A DNA stretch of 64,000 bases from a virus: the IMG/VR virus record IMGVR_UViG_3300035670_000044, positions 1-64,000 of that record; one strand, written 5' to 3'. The position numbers and the translations under genes were made by a program. Positions 36,009 through 44,641 of this stretch are shown one piece after another. The first letter of the stretch is position 1, and the number at the start of each line of letters is the position of its first letter. Below the pieces are notes generated by a model. The model worked only from the letters and a program-made list of their open reading frames with translations, was not told where the DNA came from and did not search any database.

Positions 36009-36524
36009 TTAGTTAGTAGGGGGTGAAGATTCACTACCGAACCCATTTGATCCAGTAATACCTTTGACGTTTTTGTCCATCTGGTCCATTGCCTCTCTGT
36101 GTATTTGGCACATGGCGACAAATTTTGACATAGGGACACACTCCATGTTAAAAACATCCTGAAACGATCCGTTTTGAATGGCGTAGCAATTTTTAAGCCA
36201 TGCCTCTTTTGACATATACGACTTCAGGATGTTTTCTTGCACAGCCATGTACAGAGAACGGATAGTCAACGGAACCAGTCCCCCGAAGTTAACTCCGGGG
36301 CGAACAGACAGTGTCCCTAGCAATTCGATCACATCACGGCTCGAGAGAGTGGGTTTGTCCCCAGACAGGAGGGAGTCCAGGTACTCCAAATCCCTTCCAG
36401 TGATGTCCCTAAAAGATGCCTGATTACCCCGAGCATCCGTACACGTTATGGTGTAATCGGAATTAATCCTCGTCTTCAGCTTGGCTTTTGGAGTCGTCTT
36501 CCTTCTCCTCCTCTCCGGTGTCAT
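36009..36524 (-). CDS. putative tail assembly chaperone-like protein (second of pair)
   Basis: SFRDITGRDLEYL...; overlaps the upstream ORF at an A7 tract. Confidence 0.5.
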   Translation of the reverse strand: MTPERRRRKTTPKAKLKTRINSDYTITCTDARGNQASFRDITGRDLEYLDSLLSGDKPTLSSRDVIELLGTLSVRPGVNFGGLVPLTIRSLYMAVQENILKSYMSKEAWLKNCYAIQNGSFQDVFNMECVPMSKFVAMCQIHREAMDQMDKNVKGITGSNGFGSESSPPTN

Positions 36525-36867
36525 TTTTTTCTTCGGACCCCAGCAACTCGTTAATAGCGTCACCAAGCATCTTGATTTGCTTAGACCGTAAACGCCTCGC
36601 ATCTCTGAGGGTTAACTTTCTGCCGCCCGGTTCAGGGCTATGCAAGATGCAGATCACCTTAAGGGTGGCAGGAATCTCATCAAGGGTTTTGTCATTGCTG
36701 ATTTTAGTGATTTCGATCAGGTCGTCGGCGCTGGGTTCCTGCAAGGAGAGAAATTTACCAGGAGCGATCTCGACAGAAATAATTTCCGGATCTCCAAAGT
36801 CAAAATCGGATACTGAGTTAGTAGCTACGGTTTCCAGCTCACGCATGGATTTAGAAGACAGGGCCAT
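36463..36867 (-). CDS. putative tail assembly chaperone (Mu gp41-like)
   Basis: LSLQEPSADDL...LTLRDARRL...AINELL. Confidence 0.5.
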   Translation of the reverse strand: MALSSKSMRELETVATNSVSDFDFGDPEIISVEIAPGKFLSLQEPSADDLIEITKISNDKTLDEIPATLKVICILHSPEPGGRKLTLRDARRLRSKQIKMLGDAINELLGSEEKNDTGEEEKEDDSKSQAEDED

Positions 36868-36977
36868 AGGGTTAATGGGTGACTGGTGGGGGTATTTCCT
36901 CCACTATACATATGTACTATAGCACACTTTGTCGGATAGTAAGTTGAAAGCCATATGTAAGAGTTGCTAGTATCGCT

Positions 36978-37565
36978 GTGGCTGTCCAAACCAACCCGTA
37001 TCAGCATTGGGAGGACGGACGAGAAAACTCTGATTACCGGGGTCGTGAGACTCAGGCCAGCTCATTGACACGTCAAATGTTGAGGCAGCCTGAGTACTTG
37101 ACCAGTAGCAACAGGGTCAACCCGGGGCCCTTGAGAAACACCCGGGCTTCAGCAGCGGACAGAGTAAACCAGGTTCCGCATGAGACCCGCAGCGAGGATA
37201 TGTGGGGATGGCAGAGGTGGACAGAAAGGGATTACTACTTGGTTGAGTCTGAAACATCTAGCAATCTTCTGGAGGAAACAGATTCTGGTACCAGGGTGGA
37301 CAACGGGGTTGTATACCCGGACTACAGCAAACCGAACGACTGTCCGACTATTATATCTCCTCCTGTTGTGTTGAAAACCTTTGATTTTACCCAGGAACAA
37401 CCATCAGATGAGTGGCTGATTGTCCACAACTTGGGGTTCTATCCCTCCGTAGAGCTATTTAGTAGTTCTAGGGCAGAGATCGACGGGGACGTGGTCCATG
37501 TAAACGTGAATTCCCTCCGGGTGTTCTTCAACCTGCCAATTACCGGCTTTGCCAGACTGAACTAA
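36978..37565 (+). CDS. virion-associated protein
   Basis: WLIVHNLGFYPSV C-terminal domain; motif at 36943. Confidence 0.65.
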   Translation: MAVQTNPYQHWEDGRENSDYRGRETQASSLTRQMLRQPEYLTSSNRVNPGPLRNTRASAADRVNQVPHETRSEDMWGWQRWTERDYYLVESETSSNLLEETDSGTRVDNGVVYPDYSKPNDCPTIISPPVVLKTFDFTQEQPSDEWLIVHNLGFYPSVELFSSSRAEIDGDVVHVNVNSLRVFFNLPITGFARLN

Positions 37566-37568
37566 ACT

Positions 37569-37835
37569 ATGGCCAGAGAAATACTTACAGACTACGATTT
37601 CAAAAATGTGAGCAGGGTGGTTAACTTGCCCCCTGCCGTAGAGGATGCGGATCCGGTCATACTGTCTCAGTTGAAAGATTATACGGGGGGACCTATTATT
37701 GAGTCGCAGCAGGTGATTTCTGAAAACTACTCGATAGGAGTTGGCAAAAACGGAATTTCTCTGGGACCTGTTAGTGTGTCCGAAGGGGTTTCTGTGACTA
37801 TACCTGCCGGGTCTGTCTGGAGAATTTTGACATGA
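37569..37835 (+). CDS. tail fibre-associated small protein
   Basis: GPVSVSEGVSVTIPAGSVW. Confidence 0.65.
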   Translation: MAREILTDYDFKNVSRVVNLPPAVEDADPVILSQLKDYTGGPIIESQQVISENYSIGVGKNGISLGPVSVSEGVSVTIPAGSVWRILT

Positions 37836-39670
37836 CATTCGGGAAATTACAAGTGGATCAGATTGAATCGTCGACAAGAGTTTTGAACGTCGACGACTTA
37901 CTTTCTGGTACTGAAGACTTAGTAACCAGCGTAGGATTGTCCGCACCTACAGGATTTACTGTATTGGAATCCCCAGTTACGGGAAGCGGAGTTATTTCAT
38001 TAACCTACTCCCAGGGGTACAGTCTCCCCTCTAACACCAGTCAGTCTAACTGGGATACCGCTTATCTCGAAAGGAGGTATTGGGATGGAGGTAGTTCCGG
38101 ACTGAATGCTTCTACTGCTCGTACTAGTCTCGGACTGGGTAATAGCTCTACGTTAAATATCGGCACTATTGCTGGAACGGTAGCAGCGGGAGACGATGCA
38201 AGATTCACCACAAACCTGTCTTACACCCCCTCAACTAGGCTTTTATCAAGCAGTACTGGTAGCGATGTAACTATTCCTGAGGCTACTACAACGGTTCCAG
38301 GTTTTCAAAGCGCAGCGGATAAGGTAAAACTGGACAGTATTGCTACCGGAGCTCAAGTCAATGTTCCTACAAATTTAACCTATACACAGTCTACAAGGTT
38401 GCTCGGGTCGAGTACAGGAGATGACGTAACGCTCCCCGACGCAACTACGTCATTTTCGGGCTTAATGAGTGCGACGGACAAAGGGAAGCTGGATGGCATT
38501 GCGTCTGGTGCTGAGGTTAATGTCAATGCGGATTGGGACTCGGTCAGTGGGGATTCCCTGATTCTGAACAAGCCGGCAATTCCAGCCGCAGCCACGGCCA
38601 CTCCCCAACCACTGGGCACGGCAGCAGCGGGCAACGGGACCAATTACGCGCGCGATAACCACGTCCACGCCATGCCGAACGCGGCGAACGTGGGCGCAGA
38701 TCCATCAGGGACTGCTGCCAGTGCGGTGAGCGCACACATTGGGGACGTAGATCCACACCCCAACAAATACGCATCAGCGGCACAGGGTGTCACCAACGGC
38801 AACAGCCACGACCACAGCGGCGGTGATGGCGCCCAGATCTCCTACAACAGCCTCAGCGACCTGCCGACGTTAGGAGGCGCTGCAGCGCTGAATGTAGGCA
38901 CTACGATCGGCACCGTAGCATCTGGCGACGATGCACGTTTTCACGATGATGTAACACTAAACGCCAGTGTCGCAGACATCCTAGGGCTTTCAGGTCAAGA
39001 GCTTACCGCAGATAATCCCGGCGCTGATCGGCTAATCTTCTGGGATCACAGTGCAGGTAAACTTACTCACCTTGCGCTAGGCGCTAACCTATCAATTACC
39101 GGCACCACGTTATCGGCAGCAAGCACCCTATCTGAGCAAGGCCTGCCGAAGTGGAATGCCGGTACCGGCACCATGCTGGCTCCTGGTAACTGCACCAGCA
39201 GCTTGGCGTCAGCTACGGCAACAGTGGGCACTGTCGTTTATCACCAGATTGGAGTACCGGTAAGCGTGATAAACCCGGCACTGATCTGCCGTGCGTCTGG
39301 TTTGCACACTGGTAGCACAGACGTGAGTCTAGGAATATTTTCTAGTATCAACAATAGGCCGGCAATACTGCTGGCGTCTGTAGCGTTATCGTTTTCAGCT
39401 ATAAACTTAACTCAAGGCGCAACTGCTACCGTGACGCTCCAACCGGACTTTTATTGGCTGGCATTCCTAGCCACGGCAGCTACAGGGGTTCCCTCTTTTG
39501 TGGGCAGCGTTACAAATGCTCCGGGGGTCGGCGCAGGCCTTTTTGCAGAGTTCACTAATGCCACAGGTCCTATTTCAACGCTTCTTGAAACTTCTGAGAT
39601 ATTGCCTGCGACTGCTACACCCACCCTGGGCGGCGGTAACTCTCGTCCCGTAGTATTCCTGGGAGTGTAG
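37832..39670 (+). CDS. tail fibre protein
   Basis: Duplicated TNLSYT.STRLL.SSTG.DVT.P...DK.KLD.IA.GA module; GTVAAGDDARF x2. Confidence 0.75.
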   Translation: MTFGKLQVDQIESSTRVLNVDDLLSGTEDLVTSVGLSAPTGFTVLESPVTGSGVISLTYSQGYSLPSNTSQSNWDTAYLERRYWDGGSSGLNASTARTSLGLGNSSTLNIGTIAGTVAAGDDARFTTNLSYTPSTRLLSSSTGSDVTIPEATTTVPGFQSAADKVKLDSIATGAQVNVPTNLTYTQSTRLLGSSTGDDVTLPDATTSFSGLMSATDKGKLDGIASGAEVNVNADWDSVSGDSLILNKPAIPAAATATPQPLGTAAAGNGTNYARDNHVHAMPNAANVGADPSGTAASAVSAHIGDVDPHPNKYASAAQGVTNGNSHDHSGGDGAQISYNSLSDLPTLGGAAALNVGTTIGTVASGDDARFHDDVTLNASVADILGLSGQELTADNPGADRLIFWDHSAGKLTHLALGANLSITGTTLSAASTLSEQGLPKWNAGTGTMLAPGNCTSSLASATATVGTVVYHQIGVPVSVINPALICRASGLHTGSTDVSLGIFSSINNRPAILLASVALSFSAINLTQGATATVTLQPDFYWLAFLATAATGVPSFVGSVTNAPGVGAGLFAEFTNATGPISTLLETSEILPATATPTLGGGNSRPVVFLGV

Positions 39671-39675
39671 CAATT

Positions 39676-40020
39676 ATGAATCAAGTTGTCTTTATTGATG
39701 CCGCAGGGCAACAACATATAACCGAAATCACTAGCCCCCAGTCTCCCGATTACCTGGGGTTCTACAACGGCCTGCTCGACAGCATGACGTATCAGGCATT
39801 GCTGCAGATACCCGCCACAGCAGAGCAGGCCAAAGCGTTGGCGATTTTTGTTTCTGCAATTCAAGATTCAATGGCAGGTCGTGCAAATCCCAGGGCAATG
39901 CAGGCCGCCATCTGGAAATTACTGGGCGAGGTGGAGCTGACGGAGGCCCATGCCGTTGAGCTGTCGGCGCTGATGACCACGCACCACCTGAGCAGCGTGT
40001 ATCTGCTGTCGCCGCCATGA
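39676..40020 (+). CDS. putative tail fibre chaperone
   Basis: Directly follows the fibre gene. Confidence 0.55.
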   Translation: MNQVVFIDAAGQQHITEITSPQSPDYLGFYNGLLDSMTYQALLQIPATAEQAKALAIFVSAIQDSMAGRANPRAMQAAIWKLLGEVELTEAHAVELSALMTTHHLSSVYLLSPP

Positions 40021-40151
40021 CCACCAAACGCGAACAGATCCTCGCCGCTGTAGACACCCTGCTGGCTGCCACTGCAGGCGCTACAGGCCGCGTGTACCGC
40101 TCCAGGCAGAGCGATGCTGGCTGCCGGTCAACAATGCAACCTGCCGCCTGA
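40017..40151 (+). pseudogene. 5' fragment of a siphovirus-type tail completion gene
   Basis: MTTKREQILAA...GRVYRSR, then unrelated sequence and a stop. Confidence 0.5.
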
Positions 40152-40303
40152 GTTTCTGCAGGCGCTTGGTGGATAGCCATAGGCACCACCAAATTCTAAC
40201 AGGGGTGCGAGGGAATAACAGATCAGGGATTTATACAGACCTTTTGCTGAACCAGGGTTTTGTTTTCGTTGAAAGCACAATAGGACTGTGTTTACCATTT
40301 TCT

Positions 40304-40687
40304 ATGGAAATTCGTTTGTATCGGGCGTTGCGGGAGAACCCTGGTCCCCCCGTTCAACCCCCGGACTCTGACAAGTACGGAAATCCTACTGTGATCACGG
40401 TTTGCCTAGAACGCTCTACTGATCCGGATTCCAACAATCACACTGGATACGATTACTGGGGGGCATACGGAGAATCTAGCGAAAATTTAGACGACTGGGA
40501 GCTCAAAAATTCCGACGTTCTGTCACCCATAGAGTACTCCGAGCTCCCTGACCCTGTCACATTTTATCCCCCTCAGTTCAGTGATGCTACAGTTCTGGTT
40601 AGAGCACGAGATGAAAGTGGAAGGTTTATCCCAGATGACCCTACCACCACAGACGTGAACGAAGCCTGGACCAAAGTGGTCCTGTAA
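40304..40687 (+). CDS. hypothetical virion-associated protein
   Basis: RARDESGRFIPDDPTTTDVNEAW; motif at 40268. Confidence 0.65.
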   Translation: MEIRLYRALRENPGPPVQPPDSDKYGNPTVITVCLERSTDPDSNNHTGYDYWGAYGESSENLDDWELKNSDVLSPIEYSELPDPVTFYPPQFSDATVLVRARDESGRFIPDDPTTTDVNEAWTKVVL

Positions 40688-40714
40688 CAGGATATACTAA
40701 CTCACCCGCACACT

Positions 40715-42235
40715 ATGTCTGCTATGTCTCCGCTACTTCGAGTCAAGGAACGTATTATCGGTCCCAGGGGTTTGTGGGATATCGATAACTCGTGGTACGG
40801 GTACATCGACGAGTTCAGGTATACGATTGGGCTTCCAGGACTCACCGGTTTCGGTGTTGGTTGTTGCCCACCTGATCTGTTGCCGGAGGACATGGCTACC
40901 ATGTCCGGGACCTACGACCGGTTCAGCCCGAATTATGGGAACTACGTGCATGTCCCCAGCGCCAGCATTGTTTGTTTCATACCCTCCCACCAGATTGACC
41001 TTCAGGCCCCCGGATCCGGGAACGGTGCCTTTCTCACCCGGGTGGTGATCAGCAGCACCCAGTCCGGCAACTCGGTACTCGCTAAGACTTTCCGGAATGG
41101 CGGAGGCAGTCTGGCTGGTGTGTTCGTAGACAAATACCAGGGGTCGAACTGCAGGCCGGATGGTTCCGGACGTCCTAATAGTACGGATGGCCTCCCGGGG
41201 ACCCTGCCTTCTACCGGAGGGATTTTCGCCTCGCGCCCCCTTCACTGGCCGGTGAGTGCGATAGGATTGAGCGGTACACTTCGGAGTCCATTTAGCAGAT
41301 GCAATAGCACCGCTTTGAATGGTGCGGCGACTACGCCAGCAGATAGTTACGGTGGGGTCTGGGCCTTATGCAAATCCCGTGGTGCCGATTGGTATCCCAT
41401 CCCGATCTGGACCCGCATCCACCTCGGTTATCTGTCCCTGGCTCACGCTCAAGCCTTATTGACAACTGGAGGTGTCCCGGTTACCGGCGCAACATCCAAC
41501 TCAGCGTGGATGGATATGGCTCCATACGCCCCCAAAGGTAACAACAACATCGGAGCGGATGTTAACAAAACCAGCTTGGTGTTTTCCCGCACCGACGTTG
41601 GTGGGGCTAACGTGGTCAGCGGATTTTCCGGCGAATCAGCCCGGGCGTTTACCGGCGCAGCCAGGATCGGCACCATGTCTGCCATTGAGCAGACTACCCA
41701 CAACGGACAACTGTGCGGTATTGTTGATGTTAATGGTAATCAATGGGATGTCACCCCCGGACTTACAAATAACACCGGTACGAATTCTGGGTATAAGGCT
41801 TTCAGCGATCTAGACGATTACACTGCTGTATCGAGCAATTCTGGTATTACGGGAGCGGCAAACGTAATCTCGTTGGCGGTTAACTCCTCTGATAATGGGG
41901 TGTGGTGGACTGAGGCTAATGCGTATACGTACCTTGTGCCCAATGCCGGTGGTACGTATCACCCATCTTCAACCTGGGCGGCCAACGCCACCCGCAAGGC
42001 CATGGCCGAGCTCGGCTTACCCCGTGAAGCCGGCACCAGCCTCACTCAGACATCCACCAATATATTAGGTGGAGACGGTCTGTTCCGGGCCCACACTAAT
42101 AACTTGCTCCCTGTCTGCGGTGGGACCTGGAGCGACGGGTCCACTGCTGGACCTCTTTCGGTCGGCCTCAATCCCTCGGAGGCGAGCACAGGCCAGTTTG
42201 TGGGGGTTAGGGGTGTTCGCTTCCTCCCCTCCTAG
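40715..42235 (+). CDS. putative receptor-binding protein, FGE/C-type-lectin (Mtd-like) fold
   Basis: FVDKYQ, GIVDVNGNQWD, GGTWSDGSTAG...GVR C-terminus. Confidence 0.7.
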   Translation: MSAMSPLLRVKERIIGPRGLWDIDNSWYGYIDEFRYTIGLPGLTGFGVGCCPPDLLPEDMATMSGTYDRFSPNYGNYVHVPSASIVCFIPSHQIDLQAPGSGNGAFLTRVVISSTQSGNSVLAKTFRNGGGSLAGVFVDKYQGSNCRPDGSGRPNSTDGLPGTLPSTGGIFASRPLHWPVSAIGLSGTLRSPFSRCNSTALNGAATTPADSYGGVWALCKSRGADWYPIPIWTRIHLGYLSLAHAQALLTTGGVPVTGATSNSAWMDMAPYAPKGNNNIGADVNKTSLVFSRTDVGGANVVSGFSGESARAFTGAARIGTMSAIEQTTHNGQLCGIVDVNGNQWDVTPGLTNNTGTNSGYKAFSDLDDYTAVSSNSGITGAANVISLAVNSSDNGVWWTEANAYTYLVPNAGGTYHPSSTWAANATRKAMAELGLPREAGTSLTQTSTNILGGDGLFRAHTNNLLPVCGGTWSDGSTAGPLSVGLNPSEASTGQFVGVRGVRFLPS

Positions 42236-42273
42236 TTGAAAGCACAGCAGAGTACAATCAAATCGGATGTCTA

Positions 42274-42573
42274 ATGCCAACCACTCCTTTAGCAAAGACC
42301 AAATCTCCGCATGGCAGCAATGGGCCAGAAGACAACAACCAAGTGGAGATGGACAACCCCGGGTATCAGGAGGAGAAGGTGGAGCTGGCAGCGGACTGCG
42401 AGAAGTCCCCTACCCTAGAATCCGAGCAACCGGATGCAATAGTTGCCGTCGATTCCGGTGATACAGTAGTCTCGGCCATGTCCGAGTCCGACCGCAAGCT
42501 CGCAACCAAAATGACCAGGGCCATTTCGGACCACCTGGGCCTCAGTGGCCGGTCCCGTTCGGTGAAAATGTAA
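42274..42573 (+). CDS. hypothetical protein
   Basis: Motif at 42235 upstream; an overlapping alternative ORF 42267-42461 exists. Confidence 0.45.
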   Translation: MPTTPLAKTKSPHGSNGPEDNNQVEMDNPGYQEEKVELAADCEKSPTLESEQPDAIVAVDSGDTVVSAMSESDRKLATKMTRAISDHLGLSGRSRSVKM

Positions 42574-42581
42574 TACTAGCC

Positions 42582-42941
42582 ATGTTTAACACAGAACACG
42601 AAAGGGACGTACTAGCGCAGTCTTTGAAGAATTCCGGGGACATCGATGTCGTAATTGAGTCCCTGTACCACGTGGCCCAAAATCACACCCCGTTCGCTCT
42701 CTATATCGCTACAGCAGATCGCTCCAACTGCATGTGGATCTTCGATTCTGATACAGTGTGTGAGATGTTGGGTGGGGAGGATATCCACGACAAAACATTC
42801 CGGAGCGTGTTCGTTAATGATGCCGAGCGCAAGCAAGGTATTCTGTTTTACGTATTACGCAAAATAGGTCCGATCGTTACGATCCGGTTGAGCGAAGATA
42901 CTATCAGATCCATCATACATGCTCTTGAGACTACCAACTAG
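42582..42941 (+). CDS. hypothetical protein
   Basis: 119-aa ORF. Confidence 0.65.
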   Translation: MFNTEHERDVLAQSLKNSGDIDVVIESLYHVAQNHTPFALYIATADRSNCMWIFDSDTVCEMLGGEDIHDKTFRSVFVNDAERKQGILFYVLRKIGPIVTIRLSEDTIRSIIHALETTN

Positions 42942-43846
42942 AGTGGTATATATTTGACCCAGACAGTGACTGCTATCGGGACTCCTGATTTATTCACAGC
43001 TCTTACGTACATTTTGCCGTCAACGCTAAGCCCACACACCAAAGGTAATGTTTTGAGCACTAGGTCCCCAACGCTTGTGACTACGTCAATTACCACACCG
43101 CCATTCCTTACGGCAGGATCTCCTTCATCCCTTTGCTCACCACCTCTTGAAACCGAGTCGGTGTAGATTGTGACCCAGGCCGGTACGTCAGTCCTGACAG
43201 ACGTAATCGCGTAATACCTGGTCGCCTCGAGATTAACAGTACCGGCATCAAGAGCGGCTAAAACTGTCGTTGATCCCGATACTTCAATCTCCTCAGTGAC
43301 TACTTGAACTTGGGACAGAGTGGCCTCTACAGACGTAACTCGATCTGATATATTTTGTACACCTGACTCAATACTTCCGACCGAGGAGTCAATGTTATTT
43401 ACCCTTGAGGTTAAATTCCCAACCCCCAAGTCAGTGCTATCAATCAGCTCAGTGAGCTGTGTACGGTAGGTTTCGACATCGGTCTCCAGTGATTCAAACG
43501 CCCCCTCGAGATTCGTTAGCGATGTCGCTACCGAGTCGGATAGGGCCCCTTGGGCCGACGCCACGGCAGTAGCAAACGCCTTCAGGTCTCGGGTCTTCGC
43601 GTAAGTTCGATCAGCAGTGCGGACATTCAATAGGCCAGTTTCGGTGATGGGGTCGATACATTCTGCTAAGGAACTCCCCAACCGCAAGCCGCTTTTTACC
43701 CCGCGACCGTCTTCAACAAATAGGGTTGTGGCGTCCACAAACCCATCCTGAGCCAACACCTCCCCCGTACTCGACAGCTCCTGACGAGCAATGTTAAGCA
43801 AACCGCCAGCATAGTCCTCGATAAACCTTGTTCGTAGATCGGCCAC
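42938..43846 (-). CDS. virion coiled-coil protein
   Basis: VEDGRGVKSGLRLG N-domain, long heptads; motif at 43880. Confidence 0.7.
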   Translation of the reverse strand: MADLRTRFIEDYAGGLLNIARQELSSTGEVLAQDGFVDATTLFVEDGRGVKSGLRLGSSLAECIDPITETGLLNVRTADRTYAKTRDLKAFATAVASAQGALSDSVATSLTNLEGAFESLETDVETYRTQLTELIDSTDLGVGNLTSRVNNIDSSVGSIESGVQNISDRVTSVEATLSQVQVVTEEIEVSGSTTVLAALDAGTVNLEATRYYAITSVRTDVPAWVTIYTDSVSRGGEQRDEGDPAVRNGGVVIDVVTSVGDLVLKTLPLVCGLSVDGKMYVRAVNKSGVPIAVTVWVKYIPL

Positions 43847-43864
43847 AAACTCCCCGTAGCTAAA

Positions 43865-44641
43865 TTACCTGTCTATTTGGCTTTCAACAAAAAAACCGTA
43901 GAGTTGCGGAGGCACAATATCGTAGGGAGGGTTGTTGTCCCATTTCACGACCCAGTTATTGGTCAACAATACCCGGATCTTACTAGCAATCCTCCGATTC
44001 GACCACACTATCTCGTTACCACGTAGATCTAAAACCGTACTGTGTTGTTTTCGGAAAGCCCCTATGCCACGGACATTAGCGCTTGCACAAACTGTCGGGG
44101 TAAAGTCTCTCAACAACTGTTCCATGACCGACTCTGTCATCCTGCAATCTTTGGCAACTAATTCTTGGATGTTTCGGTTAATCCCTAAAGCTACATACTC
44201 CAGCGATACACATCCGCTAATGTCAAGCCTTGACAGTTTTGGGGTTTCGTGAATGTACAGGTGCACGAGATCTTTATTCCCTTCGAGGTTTAACTCAATC
44301 AGTTCCGGCCTGGGAGTGTTGATATTAACATACACAAGCCTGTTTCGCTGGAGATTTAGCTTTAAAATCTTGGGGTCGATGATGAGATTCCTCTCGGGAT
44401 CAATCCAATGGTCGTCCCAAGTAGTCAGGGATTGGTTGGTTAATTTGAACTCGGATATGGGATTTAGCCCCAGACCGTTTTTCTCAATAACTACCTCTAG
44501 CGAGTCGGTCAACTGTTTCCGAACCGACGCACGGTAAATGTCTACCCCTACAGCATGATTAAAGTAACGCTGCTCCGGTCCAAACTCCAGCACAGGGTGG
44601 TTCTCAACATACTTGCAATACCCGTGCAACGTGCTGCTCAT
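43865..44641 (-). CDS. leucine-rich-repeat protein
   Basis: LKLNLQRNRL, LIELNLEGN, LSRLDISGC, LDLRGN. Confidence 0.7.
   Translation of the reverse strand: MSSTLHGYCKYVENHPVLEFGPEQRYFNHAVGVDIYRASVRKQLTDSLEVVIEKNGLGLNPISEFKLTNQSLTTWDDHWIDPERNLIIDPKILKLNLQRNRLVYVNINTPRPELIELNLEGNKDLVHLYIHETPKLSRLDISGCVSLEYVALGINRNIQELVAKDCRMTESVMEQLLRDFTPTVCASANVRGIGAFRKQHSTVLDLRGNEIVWSNRRIASKIRVLLTNNWVVKWDNNPPYDIVPPQLYGFFVESQIDR

Noticed and set aside
40715-42235. Complete diversity-generating retroelement
   Set aside because: No reverse transcriptase, avd or template repeat seen in the window
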